Shown here piece by piece: positions 13,357 through 26,410 of a stretch of DNA of 64,000 bases; positions within the stretch are counted from its first letter, which is position 1, and each line of letters begins with the position of its first letter. Under the pieces are notes generated by a model, which ran no database searches, was not told the DNA's origin, and saw nothing but the letters and a program-made list of their open reading frames with translations. A program made the translations under genes and the position numbers. The DNA is from Eledone cirrhosa (Eukaryota), in assembly GCA_964016885.1 (NCBI GenBank), contig OZ024740.1, positions 71,300,001-71,364,000 on the forward strand. The letters run 5' to 3'.

Positions 13357-14324
13357 AGTAATATATCATGTGAAAGTGCATCGCTTAGTGGTTAGGGTGT
13401 TAGGCTTGTAGTAATAAAGTCATTGACTAAATTCTTGGACTGGGCAGTGAATTGCTTTTTTGTAATAAGACTAAGGCCCCCTATCATTATAACACCAGAA
13501 AAATAGGAGATACAACCTCATATGAGGTCAGATAAACCTTAATATATGTGTGAGGTGTAAATTTAATTTCAGTATTATAACATACAGAATGATCACTGGA
13601 TTATATACAACAAACCCAGGACAGAATAGAATAATCATTATCATTATCATCATCATTTAACATCTGCTTTCCCTGTTAGCAAGGCTTGAACGGATCATCA
13701 GCAGACCGGGTTGGTACTCAAAGTGGAGATATTGACTTCACAGTGGGCCTGAAGCCTGCATCTCATGGTCCTGGACTCTACCAAGAGTTCAGATTGATTG
13801 ATGGCCTGCAAGATTCACTTACTTATTCCAAGTGTATTTTATTGTGATGTAATGATACCAAGTGACTTGACTACTATACTGAAGTGCGCTGGAAATCTAA
13901 AGAATTGAATCAAAATTGAAATATGGTATGTTTCTAACATTCCCGTTGTAATTGTGATAAATAAACATCACTAATAATTAATCACTTCTGTAAAGACATT
14001 AAAAGGTTACCTGTAAGTATAGATATTAAGGAGTTCTAATCTATTGCATAAAAATATATGATACCAGTAAATGTTCTTTCAGAATACGTGTTAATTATTT
14101 TATTTATATACATGTTCAACCTCAGATCCCCCTTGACTGAGTAGACATATGATCAAAGGCATTGTAGTTATAAACATCTGGTCATTTTAATATAGGAAGT
14201 TATTTGGCCAATGTGTATGAAGATTAGGCTGACAATTTAAGCAAGTTGAGTGACATTACAGAAGACCCATATTGACTTCTTATGTTGACTCCACTCCAGG
14301 TTTTTTTTTATTTTTGTTATATCC

Positions 14325-14705
14325 TCATCATCATCATCATCATTTTACATCTGGTTTTTCATGCTTGGGTTGGATAGGTCCTTTCCTGCACACTGTCCTC
14401 AACTTGTTGCAGTCCTTTGTTATTTCCTCTGTGAGATTCAATGATTTGAGATAAGCTCTAACAATCTACACCCAGGTCTTCTGTGCTCCTCTTTACTGAA
14501 ACTTCCTTTCACTTGGATTTCTTGGCACTTCTTCACCCAATGATCATCATCCATATTCATCTCATGTCTATACCAATACAGTCTTCTCTTCTGCTCATTA
14601 CATCTGATTTCTCTTATATCCAGTTTTTCTCTCAGCTTATCCAAGCTATGTTGTTCACACATATTAACATTTCACATCCATTGATGCATGTTTGCTTACA
14701 TATAT
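14325..14705 (-). mobile_element. Old RTE LINE 3' fragment
   Basis: LREKLDIREIRC...RRLYWYRHEMNMDDDHWVKKC, homologous to the RTE C-terminus at 23284-23721; (GAT)n tail. Confidence 0.75.
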
Positions 14706-14939
14706 TTATTCCAAAATGTAGCCTATTCTTCATATAAGGAAATAATATATTGAGAACAACACCACCAACAATAACAAATGTTTTCCCCCATTGAAGCAGG
14801 CTTGTGGGCCCCATGAAAGTTTCATTGTAGTTTTCATTTTACAGCAGTGCTTTATGACCAGATGTCCTTCCTATTGTCAACCCATTCAGGCATCCGTTTT
14901 GACACAAGAATTTATTGTTTTTATTACTGTTCTATGTGT

Positions 14940-15235
14940 GAAGGTGTGTTATCTTAGTGGTTAAGATATTCAACTCATGACCATTAGGTCATGAGTTTGA
15001 TTCCCAGCAGCATGTTGTGTTCTTGAGCAAGATACTTTATATCACATTGCTCCAGTTTTCTCAGCTGACAAAAATGAGTCGAACCTGTAATTCAAGGATC
15101 ATCTTCATCATGCTGAGAACTACATTAAGAGTGCACATATCTGTAGAATGCTCAACTACTTACACATTAATTTTACAAGCAAGCAGTTCTGTTGATTGAA
15201 TCAATGACCACTTGTCATCGGAAACAAAGGAGGTC
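14940..15235 (+). mobile_element. CORE-type SINE, older subfamily
   Basis: ttagtggtt...gagtttgattcc head; tcttgagcaagatactt...ttgctccagt CORE. Confidence 0.7.
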
Positions 15236-16624
15236 CAACAATGGTTCTGAACTGTATTGCTCATCAGACCCTTCTTGGGTAGTTTCAGTAACATATCAGT
15301 TATTTGTGTGAGGAGGGATTGTTAACCCTTCTTCATTTCTAGAGAAAGGGATACTGTAAAGAGAGATGAATCAACACTACTATTAACAGGTCCTTTATTT
15401 ATTCACCCCAGGAGGATGAAAGACAAAGTTGCTCTTAGTAGGATTTGTATTCAGTATGCAACACAAGGGTATGGTACACATATTCTAAACAAAAAAATAG
15501 TATTGAAGTACTTCTCAAACCATAAAAAGTATATAATAATAAATTCTAGATGAAACAGTTACTAAACTGGATATAGGAGGAAATCATCATTATTATCATC
15601 ATCATTGTTTAGCATTTGTTTTCCCTTCAAGCAAGAGTTGATTATATCATCACAGACTGGTCAGTATTCAAGTGAAGCCAATGACATACATTCCCACCCT
15701 TTGCTGAGTGCATTCTGTCATGGCACCAGCATTGGGGAAGTTGTCATGTCTATGGTACAGCTGAAGAGTCCTTCCAACCATTTGTTTGGCTGGATGCTCT
15801 TTCTATCATTAACCACTTTACAAAGTGTACTGGGTGCATTTATCATGCAAGTCACCAACACTAAGGAGGTTATCAAGTCTTTGACACTGCTGAAAAGTTC
15901 ACCCAACTCTTGGATTGTGAGATTTTCTATGGCTGGTTGTGCTTCTTATCAGCAACCACTTTACAGTATGTACTGATGATTGATAATATATTTTGAATTG
16001 CAGTGACATGAAAACAGGAAATGAAACAACAACATAGAAATACAAGGTCTTGACCTTCATTAGCAGATACCATTGAAACTGTTACTTGATCATCAAGAGC
16101 TATGAAGTGTTGATTGGTATGGAGGATTAGGGCTGGGCAGGAGAGAACAAAATATTTTCCTTATTGATTTTCTCATTGAATATAACATTATTAATCATGT
16201 TTTACCTTGACATGAATCAAAATAAAACTTAGCTAGTATATTTTATATTTTTGTTTGTGTGAGAGAGCTTGACCTGTTGTACCAGTCTGACCTAATAGGA
16301 TGTAACAGAGAGTGTTAGAAGACTAGCCGAATCATTGAGAGAATTGTCTGTCTGTAACCACAGAGTCAACAGTTCATAAATTAAATTTCTTAAGCCTTGA
16401 GAAAATTAGTGTGATGGGGTGGGGGTTATTTGGATCCAGTATTTGGTTCTGGTTTCATGACATTAAGTAGACGAGAGACAAATCTTCCTCTGGACAAGGT
16501 GCCAGTCTATCATAAGTGACATTTTCAGATTACCTAGTATGTCTTTCAAACGGCTGGGCAAACTGGAAATAAAATGTTTTGTCCAGAAATACACTGGAAC
16601 AACCTTAAGTCCATTACCTTATCC

Positions 16625-17010
16625 TCATCATCATCTTCACCATCATCATTATCACAATCATCATCACCACCACCATCATCATCATTGTTAACATCCATTT
16701 TCCATGCTTGCATGGGTTAGACAAGTTGTTGCATTATGAGACAAATCAGGTCAGGAGACCACATCTTACTCATACAAATCTATATTTCCGATGGTTTCTA
16801 CAGCTGGATGCCCTCCCTAATGCCAACCACATAGCAGTGTGGACTGGTTACTTTTTAATCATGGCACCAAAATGTCCATCTAACAGGGTGGACTGGGCAC
16901 TTTTGTCATGTCACCAGCACAACACTTTACAGGGTGGATTGGGCACTTTTTATCATGTCACCAGCATGACCATCTTACAGGGTGGACTGAGAGCTTTTTT
17001 TTTGTGTCAC
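16625..17010 (-). mobile_element. RTE/SINE tail remnant with internal ~45-bp repeats
   Basis: (CAT)n, ccatgcttgcatggg and ttctacagctggatgcc motifs; repeated tttacagggtggactggg...gtcaccagca. Confidence 0.55.
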
Positions 17011-17414
17011 TAATACTCTGAAATATTCCTTAATCATCAACAGAGGGAGCCTCTATATGTTAGTTGAATATTTCAACCTCATAGATAGAGACCTATGCAG
17101 ATAGTGACCTATGGTAGGACTTGTTCTTTTACTTGCCAAAGCTGGTTATTATCATCATCATTTCCATGTCTGTGTTTCCATGTTTGCATGGGTTAGACAA
17201 GTCTTATCCAGTACAGCATCACTCCACATATTTTTTTCCTTTGTCATTACTTTTGTAAGGTTCAGTTTCCATGAAATCAGTTTTTACCAGCTCTGCCAAT
17301 ATCTTTCTTGGTCTTCTTCTTACATGGTTTACTTGTACTTGAAACTCCCAATACTTCTTAAGATAGTCAGAAACTTCAATGCACACGTTCTCTTTTTACT
17401 ATGCAAAATAGTCT

Positions 17415-18474
17415 AATAAACTGAATTTGAATCCTGTAGGTGACACTGTCAACTTTTTTCCGTCCACGATGAGGAAATGGAGGTGGGAACTTAAATTAGG
17501 GCTGTTTGAAGCCCACTTAAAATCTGTCTTCAAACTGATCACACAATTTCCAAAGTTATTTCTCAGCCATTCTTACAACTCACTAGAGGTATGAGGGCTT
17601 GTTCTGTCTTGCTGAAATCAAAACTTATTCAGTAGAGATAAGTACATGTTTCTGGAGCTCCTTTTTGAAGTTTTCCAGGACCTCCACATCAAGTTCTTTT
17701 GTGACTGCAGCAGTGACACAATTTTCTTCAAAGAAGAATGGGCTAATCAACCTTCTCTCAGAAATTGTAGCCCAGACGATACATTCAGCCAAGTGGAGAG
17801 GTCTCACAGCCCTTTCAGTGGGTTTCCCCGACCCCAAGAACACATTCTTATTAATCTTCCCCGCTAAGTGAAAGTGGACTTCATCAGGGGTCCACAGCAG
17901 ATTCAGAAAATTTGGTTTGTTCTCTATCTTCTCCAGCATTTTCTCAGCCATAGCCTTTCCCTTGGTCTTATCAGCTATAGTAAGCATTTGTTTAGTCTGT
18001 ATTCTGTAGGAGTACTTCTTAAGATCCTATTTGACAACCCTTCTGCAAGTTTCTGTGAGAGACACAAGGACTGGCTTCACCTATCTAGTGATAATTTGGG
18101 GCTCTGTTTAACAGACTCTCAGACCTGTATATGCTTTCTGGGTCATCCAGATTGGGTGGGACCATCTTCAATATAGTATTGAGGTTCTCCACTCTCCCAT
18201 AGGTCTCAAACTTCTTCACTTAGTTTTGTATATTAGTTTTGAAGAGAGATTTGCTTGTTCCAAAATATGTATGAAATTGCTCTTGGACCAGCTTGTATGA
18301 GCCACACTTATAGTAATGTTTCACACAGAAAATTTGGTGCTGGAGCTCCCATTGGAGTCTTGTTGTCTTCTCAAACGTTGTATCTGCTCGAAATTTAAGG
18401 TTGATTGGTTTTAGAAAATGAATATGCAGTGACAGAAAACATATTCAGGGCCAGGTTGTTTTAAGTCAAACTGT
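17415..18474 (-). mobile_element. Degenerate Tc1/mariner-type DNA transposon
   Basis: ORF 17625-17987 has LWTPDEVHFHLAGKINK (cf. W.SDEAHF.L.G..NK) and VWATIS...I.PFFFE; TA-CAG-like end at 18474; boundaries approximate. Confidence 0.75.
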
Positions 18475-18600
18475 AAGTGGATTTGTAAATTTGCTTTGGA
18501 TTAAATCTATGAGGCATGAGTAGATATCTAAAACCTACCATGCTAGATGTTGCTAAGCAGAATTGAGAGATTAAAATATATATTTTGAGTCAATGCACAC
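18465..18600. repeat. Left arm of a ~135-bp inverted duplication (partner 38810-38947)
   Basis: Reverse complement matches 38810-38947 with only a handful of differences. Confidence 0.92.
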
Positions 18601-18695
18601 ACACACACACACACACACTATACATATATATATCATCATTTCATTTTACATCCACTTTTCCCTGCTTGCAAGGGTGGGACGGGAACTGATTCTGG

Positions 18696-18740
<45 letters not shown>

Positions 18741-18744
<4 letters not shown>

Positions 18745-19081
18745 TCATCATCATTTCATTTTACGTCCGCTTTTCCCTGCTTGCAAGGGTGGGATGGAAA
18801 CAGATTCTGGCTTGATTTCTACAGCTGGATGCCCTTCCTAACACCAACTTCATTTACAGTGAATGCTGTGTGCTTTTTTGCCGTGGCACCTCCACGACCA
18901 CTTTGCAGTGGAATGATAGGGACCCCAGTCCCTATCATCTCATTTCTACAGCTGAGGAAACTGAAGCAATGTGAAATAAAGTGTCTTGCTCAAGGAAACA
19001 ACACATCACCCGGTCTGAGAATTGAACTCACAACCTTTCGATTGCAAGGCCAATGCTCTAACCACTAAGCCATGTGCCTCC
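18741..19081 (-). mobile_element. CORE-type SINE, full length; a tail fragment is duplicated at 18632-18697
   Basis: Near-identical to 7948-8291. Confidence 0.9.
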
Positions 19082-19258
19082 ATATATATATATTTAACCG
19101 CTTTACTTCCCTCCGAAGAAGAGATATTTTCTCGAAAATTAAGGACATTTAAATAAATCTAAGGTAAAAGACTAATTGTCAACAATATCTTTTGCATTTG
19201 CATTCTTTATTCTATGTCCATACCTGCATTGTTTTGGCTTTATTATACATATGCAAAC

Positions 19259-19298
<40 letters not shown>

Positions 19299-19301
<3 letters not shown>

Positions 19302-22300
19302 TTGAATACTTTGAAATGTTTTGGCCAGTATTGGCCCAGGCCATGTCTAACTTAATTGCACCACCTGGCGAAGTCTTTCAATTTAGGATTTGGGCACCAT
19401 GGCCCATTCGAGAAGAGAATTACTGTTTGCGGAGACATATCCGGGTGTGGGTGGTTTGTCCAGGATTACTTGGAGGAATTTGTCCAAAGACTTCTTGAAT
19501 TTTGTGTGGTCAGTTTCTGTTTTGACGTGTCCTGGTGTGATGTTGAAGAGAGCAGGGTCAATTAAGGTGAAATAATTGTGCCGTATTGTTGTTATGAGTT
19601 GCAATTTAGATTTTTGTTTGGGACGGATAGCATGGGGCCCAAGCCTTGGGTGTATTTTGAAGGTGATGCCAACATCATTTGGGCAGTGCTGATGAAACAT
19701 TTTCCACATCATGCAGATAATATAACGCTCACGGTGACTTTGGAGTGAGTAAAGTTTCAGCTTTTCTAGTCGACCCCAGTAGTCAAGGTCTGACATGCCA
19801 TCTATTTTTTTCGTGATTGCCCTTTGGGGAGCTTCATGTTTCATGATACTTTGTTTCGTATGGGGAGACCACAGTGGACAACAGTATTCAAGGTGTGGTC
19901 GGGCAAAAGTGGAGAAGAGAAGGATAATGGTGTGGGAATCTCTCGACTGGAAGGTTCTGCGGGCCATGTCAACTTTGCTGCTTATATGCGTGGCCCAGCT
20001 TATGTTGCTGTCCATGGTTACTCCCAAGTCTCTGATGTTGTTAGATGCCATGAGAGTTTCACCAGAGGGAAGGGAGTACGGGAGTTTCAGAGCATCCTCT
20101 TTTCCAAAGTGGATCAGTTCGAATTTGTCTTCGTTCAGTAACATGTTGTTCTTTTCCGCCCATTGGGTAACAGCCAGTAGGTCTGACTGAAGGCTTATCC
20201 GGTCATCCATACCATTGATGAGCTTTTGGAGCTTGGAATCATCAGCGAAAATTCTAATGTTGCTGTGTTTGATGATGTCAGTGATGTCATTAATATAGAT
20301 GATGAAGAGAAGTGGGCCCAACACAGTGCCTTGTGGGACCCCACTACTGACTTTGGCTGGGCTGGATTTGACTCCTTCGACTACAACATGTTGGGTTCTG
20401 TTTGACAGGAAGCACTTGATCCACTGCAGCAGCTTTCCAGTGACACCAATATTGGACAGCTTTCTCAGTAGAATGTTGTGATCAACCCTGTCAAAGGCCT
20501 TGCTGAAATCAAGGTAGATAACATCAGTGTTGGAACCCTCTCCCAAGGCTCTCAAAATGTCATCAAAGTGATGCAGTAGCTACGTCAGGCAATCTCTTCC
20601 ATTACGGAATCCATGCTGGTTGGAGTTCAGCATATTGTTACTCTCAAGGAAGTGAGTCATTCGCGATCTCACCACTCTTTCAAATACCTTAATGATATGA
20701 GAGGTGAGTGAGATTGGATGGTAATTCACGGCAAGGGATTTGTTTCCTTTTTTGAAAACTGGGACAACAGACTGGGATAGAAGGTTTTCTGGCACATATC
20801 CAGCATCCAGTGAGTTTCGCCACAGATTGGCAAGAGGAGATGCAAGTTGGTGTTGACACGCCTTCAAGACACAAGCAGGGAACCTATCAGGACCTACTGC
20901 TGAATTATGCTTGATTTCCTTTATTGCCGCTAAGACATCAGGGGCGCCAAACGTTATGTCCGATAAGGTCTAATGGGGAGTAACATCGCCGATACAGCCC
21001 AGATCGGCCATATCAGGATTGCTGAAAACAGAGCAGTATTGTTTCTGCAGTATCTCACCCATGGTTTTAGCATTGTCTTGAAGAGTGCCATTTTCATCAA
21101 TTAGAGGGCCAACAGTAGAGCCAGTGATTTTGTGTTTTTTTGCAAATGAAAAGAACACTTTGGGATTGAGTTTGATCTTCTCAATGGCCCAGGCCTCTTC
21201 AGCTCTTCTCTGATTGTTGATGATAGACATCATATTTTTTTTGGAGGTTATGTTTTTTAATCTCTAGTGATGAAATGGCAGTCAAGTTGATGTGTTGCTG
21301 CTGACAGTATTTCAGCTTGTTGATTTTTTGTTAGTTCTCTTAATTTTCCTGATGAGCGTTTTTCTATTTCTAGGGATTCTGCTCTTAGATTTGTTTATAG
21401 TTCTTAATGGGGTGTGTTTTGCACATATGTTTGTAACAGTGTCCACAAATGTCTGCCAGGACTTTTTGATGTTAGTGGGTGTGTGAGTGTGCATGAAGGA
21501 CCAGTCGACATGTGCAAGATCATGACTGATCGCTTCCCAGTTTGCATTGTGGAAATCCATAGCGTCAAACGGATGGACAGGAGAAATGACATTGGGTTTG
21601 TATATTGGACGGTGGAATCTCAGATCACAGAGAACTATGTCATGATCAGAGAGTAGAGTTTTCTCCACTGCAATATTGTGGATAGTGTCAGTGTGATTGC
21701 TGAAAATTAAGTCTAGGACGTTTTTGTGGCACCTCGTTGGTTCGAGCACCAGTGGGACAGGAAGAAATCATCCATGAAGTCAAGAAGCGATTCCACTGCT
21801 TCCCTGTCAGAGGTTGTGGCAGAAGAACCTGGTGGCAGGCTGTTTGTGGACCAGTCAACTCCGGGGAGGTTGAAGTCCCCCATCATTAAGATGTTGTCAA
21901 GGTGACACTTTATGCTGTTGAGGCATTCCTTGAAGCATGGTAGAGGCGTTTGGGGTGGCCTATAGAGCCCAACTACTATTAGGTTGTTGGTTTGACTGAA
22001 TACAGCGACTGCTTCGCAGTATCCATTAGTAAATATGTTCATAGCCTCTGTTGAGAAAGAATTATGGACATAAATGGCAGTCCCACCCTTTCTTCTGCCA
22101 GCGCGATCAGCACGGATGGCTTTGAAATTTTTCACTTTCACCTCGGCTTCCAAGTGGAGGTTACTGAGATGGGTTTCAGTGAGGACGAAGAAAGGGATGT
22201 GGTTTGGATGGACATCAACCCAGTCCTCCAGGAATTTGATCTTCCATTTTTGAGTATTGGTGGAAGGGCTGATGCCTTGGGCGTTAAGCAAAAACGTAGA

Positions 22301-22780
22301 GGCGAGAGTGGATGGTTTTAATTGTTTTGGTGTGTTGTTAATTTGTTTGTTTGCTAATGGCAGCAATGGAAGTTTGTGCAGTGGGGTGATAGTGGAGGGT
22401 GGTGCTGGGTGATAGCTCGAATGTTTTTTTCCAGTTCTTTTGCCAGATTCATTATGGCTAAAAAGAGGAAGAAGTTTCCTGTTTAGGAGACTGTTGGTGA
22501 CTGTGGTAGTGGTTATTTTTATGTAGGTTATGGTTTTTGTTTTTGCTTTTATTTTTATTTTTATTTTCATTTGTCCAACGAGTCCCCGGGAGATGGGTAA
22601 AGGGACAATCCCGGTGTAAACACAATCTGTCTCGGTGGGAAAAGCGGCAGATTTGTGGATTCCTTGTTTGAGTTATTGGTGGTTGTGTTGGTGTTAAATT
22701 AGAGTATGTATTATGGTGGTGGCTGTTGTTTGTGGGGATCGACCGTTTTGTCCTAGGTAAATGGGTGAATTTGCAGCCAC
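19299..22780 (-). mobile_element. Near full-length CR1/L2-group LINE (ORF1 end with CCCH fingers, APE endonuclease, RT), disrupted
   Basis: APE: LLNAQGI, LTETHL, RADR..RKGGTAIYV, YRPP, GDFNLP, LDLIF, SDHD. RT: KGNKS..NYHPISLTS, QHGFR, YLDFSKAFDRVDH, GVPQGTVLGPLLF, FADDSKL. Stops and frameshifts present; 5' end cut by an RTE insertion. Confidence 0.93.
19383..20867 (-). pseudogene. LINE reverse transcriptase domain (ORF2, one in-frame stop near 20580)
   Basis: ORFs 19383-20555 and 20580-20867 are in the same frame and carry the RT motifs. Confidence 0.9.
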
Positions 22781-22781
22781 T

Positions 22782-23725
22782 ATCATCATCATCATCATCA
22801 ACGTTTAGCATCCGTGTTCCATGCTTGCATGGGTTTGGACGGGGGTTTTCCCACTTGAGGCAAGAGTGATTATCTTGCTCGCGTAGGACTGTCTGGCGGG
22901 TTTTCTACAGCTGGATGCCCTTCCTAACACCAACCACATTTACAGTGTGGGGCTGGGAGGTTTTTACCGTGTTGCCTACATGGCCACATTACAGTGTGGA
23001 CTGTCTGGCGGGTTTTCTACAGCTGGATGCCCTTCCTAACACCAACCACATTTACAGTGTGGGCTGGGAGGTTTTTACCGTGTTGCCTACACGGCCACAT
23101 TACAGCGTGGACTGTGTGTTTTTTTGTCGTGACACCTACACGATCTCATTTGTTTCGGCCTGGATGTTGTGGCACCAACATAACTTTACATTGAAAGGGG
23201 CGGTGTGAATGGGGTGGGGGTGGTGGGACGGGCGTGTATTTTGTTAGAGATGCCTACTGACTGTAGTAGGTTTTACTTTGTATTTAGGTAAGGCGGGTCT
23301 TCTCTATTACTGAGTACCGCCAAAGATCTCGGTCCAGTGACATTGTCTTGGAGAGGTGTAAGTGTGTGAGGTCGGAATTTATTAGCTCGTCCCAGGTTTT
23401 TCTGGGTCTGCCTATTCCGTGGCTACCGTCTATCTTTATTGCCCTGCACTTTGTTATACAGCTATCGTCTTTCATGCACATCACGTGACCATACCAATGT
23501 AGCCTTCTCTCGAGTAAACAACATCTGATCCCTCTTATTTCTAATTTTTTCCTTAGTTCGTTTGTGCTTTGCCGTTCACGTATATTACTATTACACATCC
23601 AGCGGAGCATGCAGGCTTCGTTCCTCTCTAGTCTACGTATATCCTCTGCAGACAATGCCCAGGTCTCACTGCCATGCAACATTGCTGTTCGTATGCAGGC
23701 ATCATACAACCTGCCTTTCATTTTT
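22782..23725 (-). mobile_element. RTE LINE 3' end, inserted at the CR1/L2 ORF1 and truncated at (TA)n
   Basis: [20 protein letters not shown]...RRLHWYGHV...GRPRKTW...DRDLWR; 3' UTR with a duplicated ~112-nt unit; (GAT)n tail; closely matches 56532-57365. Confidence 0.93.
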
Positions 23726-23728
23726 ATA

Positions 23729-23764
<36 letters not shown>

Positions 23765-23786
23765 TGTATGTATGTATGTATGTATG

Positions 23787-24103
23787 ATCCGCGCCGCCCC
23801 GTTCTGTGTGGGGTTGTGTTGGTGCCGCGCCGTCGGGGCCGGGGGCGGGTGGGATCGTGTGGGTGTCGCGGCGGGGGGACAGGCGGTCCGCGCTGTGGTG
23901 TGGCCGTGTGGGCGGCGCGGTGGGGGCCTCCCGGACCCGCGCTGTGGGTGTGGTTGGTGTTGGGGGGGGCATCCGGCTGTGGAGGGCCTGCCAGGCGGTC
24001 CTGTGCGAGCGGGACGGTCGCTCTTGCCTCGGGTGGGACTGCCCCCGTCCGGGCCCGTGCAGGCGTGGAGCACGGACGTTGGACGTTGATGGTGATGATG
24101 ATG
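23787..24103 (+). mobile_element. A->G hypermutated copy of the RTE 3' UTR and (GAT)n tail
   Basis: Colinear with the reverse complement of 22782-23210, 29761-30195 and 56532-56850; about 75 A->G versus about 10 other differences in 317 nt (hand count). Confidence 0.93.
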
Positions 24104-25709
24104 TGTGTGTGTATGTATATATATATATGTGTGTATGTATGTGTATATATATATGTGTGTATGTATATGTATATATATATATGTGTGTATGTATATGTGT
24201 ATATATATATATGTGTGTATGTATATGTATATATATATGTGTATGTATATATATATATGTGTATGTATATGTATGTGTGTATGTATATATATGTGTATAT
24301 GTGTGTGTATGTATATATATATATATATGTGTGTATGTATGTATGTGTGTCTGTATGTATATATGTATATATATATGTGTATGTATATATATGTATATAT
24401 ATATATATGTGTATGTATATATATGTGTGTATGTATATATATATATATATGTGTATGTATATATATGTGTATATATATATATATGTGTATGTATATGTGT
24501 GTGTATGTATGTATATATGTATATATATATGTGTATGTATGTGTGTGTATGTGTATGTATATATATGTGTGTGTATGTGTATGTATATATATATATGTGT
24601 ATGTATATATATATATGTGTATGTATATATATATATATATATGTGTATGTATGTGTATGTATGTGTGTATATGTGTATGTATATATATGTATATATGTGT
24701 GTATGTATGTATGTATATATATATGTGTATGTATGTATGTATATGTATATATGTGTGTATGTATGTGTGTATATATGTGTATATGTGTATGTATGTGTAT
24801 GTATATATATATGTGTATGTATGTATATATATATATATGTGTGTGTGTATGTGTATATATATATATATGTGTATGTATGTATATATATATATATATGTGT
24901 ATGTATGTATATATATATATATATATGTGTATGTATGTATATATATATATATGTGTATGTATGTATATATATATATATATGTGTGTGTATGTATGTATAT
25001 ATATATATATGTGTGTATGTATGTATATATATATATATATGTGTGTATGTATGTATGTATGTGTATATATGTGTGTATGTATGTATGTGTGTATATATAT
25101 GTGTGTGTGTATGTATATATATATATGTATATGTGTATGTATGTATATATGTATGTATATATGTGTATGTATGTATATATATATATATATATGTGTATGT
25201 ATGTATATATATATATATATGTGTGTATGTATGTATATATATATATATATATGTGTATGTATGTATATATATATGTATATATGTGTATGTATGTATATAT
25301 GTATATGTATATGTGTCTGTATGTATATATATATATATATATGTGTATGTATGTGTGTATATATATATATGTGTGTGTATGTATATATATATATGTGTAT
25401 GTATGTGTGTATGTATGTGTGTATGTGTGTGTATGTATATATATATATGTATGTGTGTGTATGTATATATATATATGTGTATGTATGTATATATGTATAT
25501 ATATATGTGTGTGTGTATATATATATATATGTGTGTGTATGTATATATATATATATATATATGTGTATGTATGTATATATATGTATATGTATGTGTATGT
25601 ATATATATATATATGTATGTGTATGTATGTATATATGTATGTATATATGTGTGTGTATATATATATATGTATGTGTGTATGTATGTATATATATATATAT
25701 ATATATGTG

Positions 25710-25746
<37 letters not shown>

Positions 25747-26235
25747 ATGTATATGTATGTATGTGTATGTATATGTATATGTGTATGTATATGTGTGTAT
25801 ATATGTGTGTATGTGTATGTATATATGTATGTGTGTATGTATATATATATGTGTATGTATATGTGTATGTATGTATATATATATGTGTATGTATATATGT
25901 GTATATATATGTGTATGTATATATATATGTGTGTGTATGTATATGTATGTATATATGTGTGTATGTATATATATATATGTGTATGTATGTATATATATGT
26001 GTATGTTTATATATATATGTGTATGTTTATATATATATGTGTATGTATATATATGTGTGTATGTATATATATATATATATATGTGTATGTATATGTATAT
26101 ATGTATGTGTGTGTATGTATATATATATATATATATATGTGTGTATGTATATATATATATATATATGTGTGTATGTATATATATATATATATATATGTGT
26201 GTATGTATATATATATATATATATGTGTGTGTATG

Positions 26236-26266
<31 letters not shown>

Positions 26267-26377
26267 ATGTATATATATATATATATATATGTGTGTATGT
26301 ATATATATATATATATATGTGTGTGTATGTATATATATATATATGTGTGTATGTATATATATATATATATATGTGTG

Positions 26378-26410
<33 letters not shown>

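Noticed and set aside
19105-19145. Hammerhead-like ccgaaga-gaga/tctc-gaaa
   Set aside because: Core U is mutated and no stem I or III could be formed.
23787-24103. GC-rich island read as a CpG-island promoter, foreign DNA or Gly/Pro-rich ORF
   Set aside because: Fully explained as an A->G converted RTE 3' UTR.
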